The notes beneath the pieces are model-generated. The model ran no database searches, was not told the DNA's origin, and worked only from the letters and a program-made list of their open reading frames with translations. From Felis catus (taxonomy: Eukaryota), in the NCBI RefSeq assembly GCF_018350175.1, contig NC_058369.1, positions 20,896,001 through 20,960,000 on the forward strand: DNA of 64,000 nt, in the 5' to 3' direction. Shown in pieces: positions 1 through 12,000 of the stretch. Made by a program: the position numbers and the translations under genes. Position 1 is the stretch's first letter. The number at the start of each line of letters is the position of its first letter.

Positions 1-164
1 GTCCGACCTGTGGCCCTCCCATGCTTGAGGCTTGCCTGGCCCCACAGCTGGACCGCATTGTTTGGGTCCCCATGTGTCTGTCCAGCCCTGTGCGCAAGTT
101 CTCCGAGGGCTGGCTTTGCTTCTTTGCTTTGGCCCCGAAGTGCATCTGCAGTTGGTCCCTACAG

Positions 165-309
165 GTTCTCGGAGCTGGCCCAAATGCTGATACATAGCAC
201 ACAGGGAAAGGACGACGGTCTCACAGAGGAAGGGCAGGTGTCCTACGATGACATCTCTGTATTCGTGATTCCCTTGCACAGCCAGGGCCAAAGGAGCAGT
301 GGCCACTGA
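165..309 (+). CDS. PPM1M: Protein phosphatase Mg2+/Mn2+-dependent 1M, last coding exon (gene begins upstream of window)
   Basis: Acceptor ccctacag ends at 164. Translates (R)FSELAQMLIHSTQGKDDGLTEEGQVSYDDISVFVIPLHSQGQRSSGH*, with the PP2C C-terminal DDISV motif. Position next to WDR82 fits known synteny. Confidence 0.92.
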
Positions 310-1674
310 GGATTCAGACGCCACATCCCAGAACCACTCCAGGGCCGGGTGTAGCCTGGGCGTCCCTCCACCATGGTCCACAGCAGGCCTACCTGCCCTG
401 CCACCAGACACAATGGGTTGACACCCCCCAACCCCACCCATTTCATGGGGAGCATTTATACCAGGCAGTCAAAGCTGGAAGAGTACGGAGAGCCCAGCTC
501 CTCAGGTCCCCTCTTTGGCAGGCAGGAAAGAGCACAGTATCAATGGTAACATCCCTTTACAACGTAGGAAACCCACGTGAGGCTCCTCTGACAGGGTCCT
601 TAGCAGCCCAGTGTTATTCTCAGATGGGGACAGCTGGACTAAGGGCATTGGCTAAGAATGCCAGGAGGGGCAGAAAAGCCTGTTTGGATTCAGGTCTCCT
701 AAACCATAAATGTCAGGGTATCTACTCAGTAACCACCAAAGCCCATGCATGGTGCCTTATGGAAAGCTGTGGGCAGCTTCCTATCTGCTGAACCGATATC
801 AGCCCCTGGGGAGACCAGCTCAGGTCCTGCCCTGCTTCCCTCTGCCACTGGAGGTGAGGCACAGGCCCTGGGACTAAAGTTGGGGCAGAACAGAAAGAAG
901 CAAGAGGATCCCAGAGTTTGCTGAGCAGGGGATGGCCTCTGACCACTCTTCTCTGGCCCTAGCCCTGCCCTCAGCTGATGCCCCAATGCCTTTGGTTTTG
1001 TTGCCCCCGCCCCCCCCCATCACCTCCCTATTGTTAAATGTTTGTGTGGAAGAGCCCTTGTGAATCATGAATTGCTGTAAAGCTTGACATTATAGTATAC
1101 TTTTTGCTCTTTCTTGTTATTTTCCAAAGAATCAGTCTTTGCTCCACCTTGCAAGTTTGCCTGTAGTCAGGACTGCATTTCTCTGCGGGCCTCCCTAGTT
1201 CCTGGTATGGGGTGAGCCCCTGTGAGAGAACTGTGGTCCAGGGAACAGAAAGGTCTGTACCACCATCTGTGAGCTCTGGGCTTGATGTACCAGAAGGGGT
1301 GCCTTTAACTTGGTTTTGAATGCCAGTTTCTATAAAGCAAGAATTAGCTGGAGACAAGTCACTCGGTGTTTGATGAGCAGCTTGGTTCTTCACCTTCCCC
1401 ACAAGACTGTTATCACCTAGCACTTGCCAAAGCTCAGGTGCTCAGAAGTATTTGTTGAATTACAAGGTGTCCACCTTTCTGACCTCAGCCTTACCGAACT
1501 CCCCTGATACATTCTTACTTTAGTTTACAACTGAGATGAATTCTAACCAGGCAACTCACAACCCTAGCCTGGGGCCAGGAGGGACATGGGCTAGGTGGCA
1601 GCACAACTGACCGTAAAGCTAGTGTTTAACTTAACTGGGGAGGCTCTCAGACCCCCTTTCCTGTCCACTAACTC

Positions 1675-1985
1675 ATTTATTTTTTTAATGTTTATTTCTG
1701 AGAGAGAGGGGGAGCGGGAGTGGGAAAGGGACACAGAGAGAGAATCTGAAGTGGGCTCTGTGCTGACAGCAGGGAGCCTGATGCGGGGCTCAAACTCACA
1801 AACCATGAGATCATGACCTGAGCCAAAGTCAGATGCTTAACCGACTGAGCCACCCAGGCGCCCCTTATTTCTCTTAATTTGCCCATCTTATTTATTTTCT
1901 TTAAGCTCCATGCCCAGTGTGGGGCTTGAACTCATGACCCTGAGATCAAGAGTCTCCTCTACTGACAGAGCCAGCCAGGCGCCTC
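1675..1985 (-). mobile_element. Two Can-SINEs (1675-1864 and a short one at ~1885-1985)
   Basis: Reverse complement of the GGGGCGCCTGGGTGGCTCAGTCGGTTAAG head; (CT)n and A-rich tail. Confidence 0.88.
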
Positions 1986-3234
1986 CCAATTAACTCATTT
2001 TAGACTCCATTTCCTATATACCTTTTCCAGGGAAGAGAAAGGAAGAAATTTCCCCTTTTTCACAGTCCTGTCCCACAGCCCAGCACTCTTGGGCCTCCGT
2101 CTCTCCACAGTGAGGTCCCGACAAACTGGTGGCCCCAGAACCGCTGGGCAGCCTCTCTGGGCCTGCTCTAGTTAGGCGGCTAGCAGACGCAGGAGTGTGC
2201 TTTAACAGGCCTGCAGTTTTACTTCCTCTGTCTTCAGCAACCACCCTGCCCCCCAGCAGAGTGTGGGCAGCATCCCGCACTTGCCTCACCCACAACTGTT
2301 GAGGCAGCTCGCCCCTGCAGCCTGCTGGCTTTGCTTCCGATCCAGCCCACTGCCTGCTCTCACTCCTCACACAAGGCTGAGGCCCCCGGAGTGGGCGCGG
2401 TGCGTCTCTCACCTGCAAGCACGCACAAATGACAGGAGCGACTGCAGGGTCAGCCATGTACGTCTCAGCAGAGCCAAATGCTGCAGCAGCCCTCCCACCA
2501 GGCTGGGCAAGAGGGGAAGGGGGGGGGGTTGGGACGCTTCCTCCTTGACGTTGTGAGCCTATCACTCACAAGCTGGGATGTTCCCTCTGCTGCTCTTCAT
2601 GATCCTTGGCTGACGACTGTGGGCAAAGTGGCAGGCGGCAGGTCCCGCAGCTCTGAGGATACCGAGCTGGTGCACAGGCTCTAGGAGTTGCCAACTCACC
2701 AGCCAAGCAGTGGGTTATCAAGCTACTGGCCAGGCCTTCTGCTAGAACTGGTACAAGAGCCTCAAAAGAAGAGGCTCCATTACCCTTGCCACACAGAAGC
2801 CGGGACCTAGCAGGACAAACCTTATTCTAGCTACAGGCTGCCAATCTGATCAAGTGTCGAGGTAACAATGAGGGATGAAAGGCAGCCTGAGGTACGTGCC
2901 AGAGAGTCTGCAGACCAAGACCGGTTGGCCCTTCCCAGTCCCTCATTTCTGGCCCTGTGGCTGCTTATCAGAGCCTGCGGTTGAGGAGACCCAGGCTGCT
3001 GTGCGTCGAGGTCTGTCTGGGTCTAGGGATTCTTCCCAACAGCTGACAGGCCTTGGTCACCAGGGGCAGGCAGAGGCAGTCCCAGGGAGCCCAACAATCC
3101 ATCCACACAGCATTACCAGAGTCCCAAAGGGAATCAGGAGGACTAACAGGAGACAACCCATCCCTCCCTCCAACTCTAGGAACCAGGCAAACAATGCTAT
3201 GGAAACTCAACAGAAAAGCTACAACCATAAAACT

Positions 3235-3505
3235 GTTTAAGACTGGTAACATGGAAAAAATGTTTATATGTTAAGTACAAAAGGGACATAAAATTGTATA
3301 TACAGTAGAATAACAACTATGTAAACACACCAAAAATCTATGCACAGAAATTTCTAGAGGAACATTTAACACCAAAAGATTAACAGTGGTAGCATTTGGG
3401 TGGCAAACTGATTCACTTTAAAATTCCCCAAATTTCCTCAATAAGCATTAATTATGATTGCAACAGGGAAGTTTTATCTAAAAAAATAAAATAAAAATTA
3501 AAAAA
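3235..3505 (+). mobile_element. Old L1 (L1ME-like) 3' fragment
   Basis: A-rich L1M 3'UTR-like text (caccaaaagattaacagtggt) ending in an A-rich tail. Confidence 0.55.
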
Positions 3506-3879
3506 TCCCCCACTGGCTGGTGGTTGAGCAGTGCAGTGTCCCACATAAATCGGTGGCTTTGGCCTGGACTCTTCAAGTGTGGTGCGCCCCTCCCATCCTA
3601 GAGAGCTTAGAACACCACTGGCTCCACCCCTGCAGCCCCAGCCCCTCTGCTCCCTTTATCCTGCCTTATTCTTACATCACGTCCAATCACTTCCAGCTGT
3701 AGCTTTCCCCTTTCCTTCCCAACTTAGGAGCCAGCTCTGTAGCCACAGGTCCCTAGAAAGAGGGGCAGTGACGGGCCTATTCCAAAGAACGTGGTACCTC
3801 AGCTTTGGACACACAAGAACTCTCGAGAGGAATCATCTTCCTTGCTGACAGGCAAGTGGCTGCTCTGGCTGCAGGTATA

Positions 3880-3885
3880 TTTATT
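3880..3885 (-). terminator. Candidate WDR82 polyadenylation signal (AATAAA), implying a ~2.1 kb 3' UTR
   Basis: tttatt on + strand; first canonical hexamer I found downstream of the stop codon. Confidence 0.55.
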
Positions 3886-4865
3886 AGGCAGCCCTTCTTA
3901 TAAACCCAGTCTCAAGCACTCTGAACAGTTACTCCTACCATGAATTTTCTACTTTGGAGAGCCAGGAGTGGGCAGTAATAGATCATCTGGTTTCTAGAAG
4001 TCTCTCCATTCTGATAAGGCAGAGCTATATACAGTGGGTGGCACTGCAGAAAAGCTGCAGATTCCAGTCGACATTTTGGAAAGATGTATGCCCTTTGCCC
4101 TTTGAGAAACAAGTCAAAAGTAATTGCTAACAAAACAGTAATTGCTGGCAATTTACAGCCTATTTCTGCTGCTGAACAAAGGCAGTTAATGGCTTGCTTC
4201 CCCCTTAGCAACTATGTACTCTTGGGCAAGTCATAACCTTGTGGAGCCCGTTTCTGTATCTGCAGAGAACCTATGACCTACTTAAACGTTTGAGAACTTC
4301 GTGAAATAACATGCCACTGGTACTGCTCTAAGAAGGCCATGCAGGGGAAGGAAAGGCCATGAGCCAGCTGTAGCTCATTTCAACCCTGATCAAGACCTCT
4401 CCCTCTTCCAAGAGAAGGCAAGGAAAAGAAGAAAGCAGACATACCAGGTAAACAGGAATGACCTGTAATTGGAAAAGAAGCTTCAGACAAACTGAAAATG
4501 CTCTGGTTCCAGCATCTTGTCCCCAGATGCCAGAAGCCAGGCACAAAGGGCATGCAAAAGTGACTGTCACACACGTACAAGCGCAGACAGAGCATCACCG
4601 AGCAAAAAGGGGGCTAATACTGCAGAGAGGGCCCCAAAGTGCGGCTTGAGGAATACAAGGGAAGTTATCCCAAGACCCTCAGTTAGCTGCCGTGGGAACA
4701 GCAAACACTTGAAGCTTTGCTTCATTCTGTCTCCCAAAGGAAAAAAGGGTGATAGGGAAGACTCACTAACACTTGTGGCAAACACTATTAGCAAGGATGC
4801 AGTCTTTCTCTCGGGCTGCAGGACTCGACCTCTTTCTGCTGAACTCTGAGAAATGACAGATATTT

Positions 4866-4920
4866 TATATACATATATATATATGCATACATACATATAC
4901 ATATATATGTATGCACACAC
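4866..4920. repeat. (TA)n/(CA)n compound microsatellite in the WDR82 3' UTR
   Basis: tatatacatatatatatatgcatacatacatatacatatatatgtatgcacacac. Confidence 0.8.
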
Positions 4921-6009
4921 GGATATATTTAAATGAAGGTGTACACACTGTGCTAAAATACAAACAACAGAAACCCCATGTCATATATAAAAAGGCTAAA
5001 TATAACATATAACACAGGCCTACAGCCAGCTCTTGCTTGGGAGCTGGGGAAGGGGTGGTATCATCTGGAGACTCTGTACACAATTTGTGGTGGGCAGGGA
5101 AGGCATCAGTGTAAACAACTCAGACTCACTCCACAATACTGGCCCACAGGAAAGCGTGATGTATCTCATGTACAAAAATAGACTCCCACCTTGCTTTTGT
5201 ACAAAACCAAGCTTGGTAGGCACCCAGAAAGACCGCAGGTCTGTCTTCATGACGGGGGATCACACCAGGCTACTGCTAAACCTCCCAGCCATGGAACTCA
5301 CCTGCAACCCCCACTTCCCTCCCCTTCAGGCTCCTGGGCCATCTCCCATCCAACACTCAGAGCCTTGAGGCGTGCCCAGATCACCCACCCTCACGTGACT
5401 AACTCGCTAGGCTTCCTGGCAAGCAAGGTCCTTTTCTGTTTATCTGTCCCTTTCTGACCCCCAGATATATGAAGACTTATTTCTGTAAATGTTTGGCACC
5501 TAAGTAACATGATGGGTGTGGAATATTGCCACAATGACACAGGGAGACCCAGTAACAAGACATGCAGGGTGCGGGCAAGGGGTGCTGAGCTTCCCTAGCA
5601 TCTCAAAACCAGAACCGTGGCTTCCCATGCATTTATGGGGGTGGGAGAAGGGATGTGCAGAATTAACTTCACCGGCTCCTCAGCAGCAAATACATTCAAA
5701 ATTGAAGGCGTCTCGAGGGCCCCAGTATACCCTAATCATGAATCTGGTCACTCCTCTGGAGGAGCTCAGTGCAGTGACAGCGGGAAAATCTAAGTCCTGA
5801 CAGAATCTGCCACACCAACAGTCTTTTTTGAAGAAGCTCGGCAAAGTAATTTTTTTCTTCTGAGCAGATGTACAGCACATCCATGGGAAGGCCATGTGGA
5901 AGGATGCTCTCCAGCCCAGTCAAACGATCCGATCCATTATCTCAGTCCCCTCTGAGTTTTTTCCTGTTGGCCACCCTCACTGTACAGAAACAGCCGAGCA
6001 GCACCAAGG

Positions 6010-6039
6010 TCAGTCATCGATGGTGGGCAACCAGAAGGC
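6010..6039 (-). CDS. WDR82: WDR82 coding exon 9 (stop codon; start of long 3' UTR)
   Basis: Acceptor tctccttccag; GCC TTC TGG TTG CCC ACC ATC GAT GAC TGA = AFWLPTIDD*. Confidence 0.95.
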   Translation of the reverse strand, partial: AFWLPTIDD

Positions 6040-9000
6040 CTGGAAGGAGAAACATAAATCAGCTTTTAAAAGCCAAGCCTCTCTCCTCACTCAGGGTTCT
6101 TACAAACACCGTGCCCCCAGCATCAAGGTGCCCAACCCCAACAGTGGAGGAATTTTGGCTGGTGGCCTTCCCTCATGACCAACCGATTCTGACAATCTGT
6201 GGAAAAACATTCCCCCTCTGTGCAAAAGTAAGCTGGTTCTGTCTCCAACACTGTCTACCTTCGTAGTCCAGTGGTAAGGAAAAACAAAAGAGCTGTCTGG
6301 GGAGGTGGGTATCTGGCCTTACTGCCAATCTGCCAGGTGACCTCCAACATGCCCTCTCCTTCTCAAGCTGTAAAAAAGTGACAGGGACTGAGGTGGTTTT
6401 GCTGCGTTTCTTTCTGACATCGTTTCCTCAGTGTCAAAAACAAAAAAAGAGTGAGGGGGCAATGTGTTCTGGGTAGGCTAGTAGTGAAATCCCTCATCCT
6501 CAAATACCCAGGTATACTTAAGAGATGCTAAAAAGAAACTTGAGGCTGAGACACACGGACGCTTTGTTCTGCTAGCATTGCCTAGAAACATAAGGAACTT
6601 GGAGGAAACGCTAAGTAGTGAGTTATGATCAACTGTAAAAATTTCTCAGGAATTCAGCATAAACTGAAAGAAATGGCATACAGAGAGGTTGCAGCCACAA
6701 TAGGCTGGTTCGAAGTATTTTAAGAAGCCAAAAAATTGTTAGGCACAGTCCCAAGTAGTTTGGTCATAAAACCAGGGGCTACAGCAAAAATGGGCCTGAG
6801 GTCTCCCAGCAGCTTACAGGTGATCCCAGATCATAGAAATAAGGGTGAAAGTGAAAGCCAAGTCCAACCAGAGATCAGATAATAGAAGGTGAACCAGGGA
6901 AGCCACCAGCTGAGAAACATGAACTTGGGATGCTTATCAGGAACCTATTTAGGACACAGTTCACTGAAGCACCCACCACCCCAAATGGAAAGGGCCCTTA
7001 TGTGGAAGACATCTCCTGTGTTCACATACCATGTTGGAACATGCGCTGGCAAAGGTCATGAACTTGGGGTTGAACTGCAAACAGGTAATAGGGCCTGTGT
7101 GTTTGCCATCCAACACAGCTACTTTTATACCACTCTCTCCATTCCAGACATGGATCTTGCCATCCTCTGAACCTAAAGAGAATGATAAAGGAAAATACAA
7201 CAACTCAAGGCACAATGCAAAGAAAAGTGGGAAAGACAGACTGACATCTGGAGAAAAGTCAAGCTTCAGGACCTGGCCCTCATCTGAAATTGAGGGAGAA
7301 GGGGCAGTGAAGAAAGGACACTTTGGAAACTGACCTTAACCCTAGTTATTTGTTCCCATCCAAGTGATTTCCCCTCTAACTTTAGTTTTCTCATTTAAAA
7401 AGGGGGCTACGGGGCACCTGGGTGGCTCAGTTGATTAAGTGTCTGACTTTGGCTCAGGTCATGATCTCACAGTTCGTGGGTTTGAGCCCCACATCAGGCT
7501 CTGTGCTGACAGTTCAGAGCCTGGAGCCTGCTTCAGATTCTGTGTCTCCCTCTCTCTCTGCCCCTTCCCTGCTTGTGCTCTGCCTCTCAAAAATAAACAT
7601 TAAAGGAAAAAATTTTTTAAAAAAGGAGGGGGCTAAATACTATCACATCCCACCAACACCAAGCCACTGAAAATCGAATGCAGGGTTAAATCAGAAAGCT
7701 AGTATTATTAGTAAGACTGTGCTTGTGGAGTTTAACTCTTATGCTGGTCCAACCAACATTAATGCCAGGTCCCAGTCAAGAAGTCAAAATCACGGGGCGC
7801 CTGGGTGGCTCAGTCGGTTAAGCATCCGACTTCGGCTCAGGTCATGACCTCATGGTCTGTGAGTTCGAGCCCCGCGTCGGGCTCTGTGCTGACAGCTCAG
7901 AGCCTGGAGCCTGCTTCAGATTCTGTGTCTCCCTCTCTCTCTGACCCTCCCCTGTTCATGCTCTGTCTCTCTGTCTCAAAAATAAATAAACATTAAAAAA
8001 ATTTAAAAAAAAGAAGTCAAAATCAGGATAAAGACACTGCACCTTTGGCATAAGACTACACATTGTGGTGAGATAGGTGAGAACACCCATCAAGAGGATA
8101 ATAGTATTTTAATTAGTTAAAACTAACAAAAATACAAACAAAAAAATACACAGTACAGAGAAATAACCCCCCCAAGGGGGATAAAGAAAGCTTACCAATC
8201 ATAATAAACTGGGAGTCTGGAGTAAATGAGGCCTCCAGAGTGACAGCTTTGCTGTTGGCATAACCCTAAAAAAAAGCAGAACAGTTCTCTTATCACAGCC
8301 CTATTAGTATAAAATAATTGCCTATAAACACTTACCCAGCACACACATCACCTTCCTTTCCATGAAACCCTCTCCTCTTCATGCAAAGTGCCACCAAGGT
8401 TCCAAACTCGGCTGCCACCCTTTACAGTTCACCCCCATCCCCAACTCCATATTCAATGCAACTAGAAAATTATTATGGCAAGGAATTACTTTGTATCTAA
8501 ATTCCAAACTTGGGACACTATGTGAGAGAAGTGAATGTCTCAGAATCCAAGAGAAGTTAGTTCATGTTCAGAATGAAAATGCATGTCCATGCTTCCATCA
8601 GTGAGTCAAGGATAACCACTGGTCTCCATCAACCAGCTACCACAATTCTCAGCCCAGGAGGGAGGAGCATGGAAACAGCCATGCTCAAAGGTTGTCAGCT
8701 CACCCCAAAGGTGTGCATCACCACTCCCTTGAATGCATCGATGAGACGGATGAAGCTGCCATTGGTGGAGATGAGGATGAGTTTACCATCATTGCTGAAC
8801 TTAAGTCCTGTCCACTCACAAGTCCGATCGTACTGCATCTTAAAAGTCGCAAATGGCCCCTGAAATGATAAAAACAGCAGCCCCAGCCCAAGGCCCATCA
8901 ATATTCCTTCTGCCAGAGCCAACTCTCATTCTGTCCCTTTAGATTCCTTTTTGGCTAGGAAAAGCAAGGAAGAACTATTGCTCTGACATTCGCCAGTGTC

Positions 9001-12000
9001 TACCACATACCTCCTTTATCATGGAAAAGGCTCTCATCTTACCCTTCAAAACCTCCATGATATGAAGATAGCTCAAAGATTCAAAGATTTACCTTATCAA
9101 AAGAGCGAAGGTCATAAAGTTTGACCATTTCAGAATTGACACCTGCAGCAAAAATTAACCCTTCTGGATCAAAGGAACAAACTGGCTTGCCTTGTAGATG
9201 CATGAGGCCCTATGAAAAAATAAGAAACAAGGTTAATGAACCCAGGATCTTACCACCATGTAATTTACTTTTTCCAATGAAAACTAAGAAAGGACACAAA
9301 CAGATACCTACCCAGAGAATGGAAAAAGCAAACAAACCTAACTAAAATAAGGCTTTTTACAAAGAGGTCTCCATACAACTGGTTTCATCAACCCTAACTG
9401 TACAACTCTATAGACACTGAATCCAAATAAAAACAAATTCTTTGAGCGTAAAAGCTATAGCTCACAGGTTTCAGGAAAATGGTTTTGAAAGCAAAAATCC
9501 ACAGAGCATAATGCAATATGCACTGGATTAGGGTATTAGCATAATTACCAGCCACCTACCAGGAAAACAGATTTTCTCCAAAGTTTAGAAAGACTTTGGG
9601 ATCTCAGAATGGATCGAGTACTTTCTCCTTTCCTTGAGAGGAAGAGCTGATGATAGTGCCTACCATAGAAAACTTTAACTGTGAGGTACCATTACCTGGC
9701 AGTTAGGAGACCGGAGATCCCAGAGTCGAATGGTCTTATCAAGAGACCCAGAAATGAAAGTGTCATCCACAGGTGACATGGACAAGGCCACCACCCTGCA
9801 ATGCATCAAGATAAATAGGAGTTGAAGCATAATATTTGCAAAAATTGGATGTGAACTCTAAACCACTCTACCTGCCTAACTACATTATATATACCTGTTC
9901 TCCCAACACTGCCGTTTTAAGAAATATACACATATAAACAATCTAGAATAACCAAAAGCAACTAATATAATGAAAACACAAACTTCAAGCTACAGCATAA
10001 AAATGTTAAGCCTCCAATGCAAAGCAAACCACAAGGAGACACCACTACACACCTATTAGAATAATTAGAAGCCTCATGCATTGCTGGTTGGAATGTAAAA
10101 TGGTGCAGGTGCTTTGCAAGATTTATAGTTCCTCAAAAAGTGAAAGGTAGTTACTATAGGACCCAGAAATTCCACTTCTAGGTATATACCCAAGAAAAAT
10201 GGAAACCTATGTCCATACAAAAAGGTACACATATGCTCACAACAGCATTATTCATAATAGCAAAAAAGTGGAAACCCAAATGCCCATCAACTAATGAATG
10301 GATAAGCAAAATGTGGTGTCTCTATACAATGAAATATTTGATAATACAAAGAAATGAAGTACTGATTCATGTTACAACATGTTATGAACCTTGGAAACAT
10401 GGTAAGTGAAAGAGGTGGACATGAAAGGGCACAAACTGTCTCATTCATTTATAAAAAATGTCCAAAATAAACAAAGCTATAGATATAGAAAGAAGATTAG
10501 TGGTTGCTGGGAACTTATAGGAGGAGGCATGGGGGGTGACTGCTAATGAATACAGGGTTTCTATTTGGGAGTGATGAAAGTGTTCTGGATTAGTGGTGAT
10601 GGTTGCCCAATTCTGTGAATATACTAAAAACCTGAACTGTATACTTTAAGAGGGTGAATTTACGGTACTAAACTATATCTCAATTAAAAAACAAAACCTA
10701 CCAAAAAATCCTTAATTACTTAACTAGAATTTTGTGGACTATACTAACAGTCTTAAACCTGAGTACAATCAGCATTATCTGAGGGTGGATTAAAAACACA
10801 GACTACTGAGATCCACTCCCAGAACTTCTAATCCAGTAGGTCTGAGAACCTGCTCCCAGGTGATGGTGAGGCTGTTGGTTTGGGCACTACTTACTAAGCC
10901 AAGCCACAGGCCTGTGCTAATAGCAACTGTTTTTTCTGATATGAGTCCCCTTTTATGGTTATACCACTAAGAGTCACTCACTAGAAAACATTTCTTCCAA
11001 GGGCTCCTGAGCTCTCTTGTACCCTTTGCTCATATTCTCACTCTGCCACTCTGCTATGAAGACACCAGCCACCTCCCAAGCATTTGGGCCTGGCCTGCAA
11101 TGAAGGACAGCATGTGGCTCTACCAAAGCCCCAAGTGAAGTTTCATTGAGGGCCACAAGCTACGACCTGTATATATAATGCCTATGAGTCTATATTACCA
11201 CCTATAGAGAAGGCCCTTGTGGAAACAGACACTTGGATAACTCTTCCTTCTGGACTATGGAAGAGTAGTTCTGAATTCTGGCTTGGCCGTAAAACACTTC
11301 ATAGATATAGAAGCTGGTGTCACAGATGAAGATTATAAAGGAAATGTTGGTGTTGTGCTGTTTCATTTGATAAAAGTTTGAAGTCAAAAAGATGACCAAA
11401 TTGCACAGCTCATTTGTGAATGGATCTTTTATATAGAAATAGAGTAGGTTCAAGTTCTGGATGACACTGAAAGGGGTTCAGAAGGTTTTAGTTCCACTGG
11501 AAAGCATTCAAATTTATGCCATGAATAGAAAATGAGAAAATGTACTTTTTTTTCTTTAAATTTTTACCTAAAGAAAAATTTCTTCCAATATAACTCAATT
11601 AACATCCATACTAGTTCCTCAACTTAAACATTTAAAGATACCGTAAGCCAAAATTTCCCGGGAATGCTGAGACGGTAATAAAACAGTGAGCAGAATGCAT
11701 ACGTACATGTAATTTTAGGTCACTGTATTCAGGTCAAAAGCTCAGAGAAAGTCTATCTTGGGCTCTATGCTGAGAAGTGAAGAGAATACAACGAGGAGTA
11801 AAACCTCAACTCTAGAAGCACCTGAATGGCTCAGTCGGTCTAACTTTGGCTCAGGTCATGATCTCATGGGTCTAGCCCCGTATCGGTCCCTCTGCGGTCA
11901 GCACACAGCCTGCTTTGGATCCTCTGTCCCCCTCCCTCTCTGTTCCTGCCCTGCTTATTCTCTCTCTCTCAAAATAAATAAACTTAAAAACAAAAACAGA

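Noticed and set aside
10..164. N-terminal part of the 99-aa ORF at the window start
   Set aside because: Intronic sequence upstream of the PPM1M last-exon acceptor at 164.
310..1400. PPM1M poly(A) signal
   Set aside because: No canonical AATAAA/ATTAAA seen; only variants (e.g. TATAAA at 1331, T-rich tract at ~1100), so the 3' end cannot be placed from sequence alone.
3880..6009. let-7 seed site in the WDR82 3' UTR (host feedback loop)
   Set aside because: No CTACCTC match found on the mRNA strand by eye.
7422..7996. Recurrent MAQSVK.../MAQLIK... ORFs here and at many other positions
   Set aside because: Translations of Can-SINE consensus sequence, not genes.
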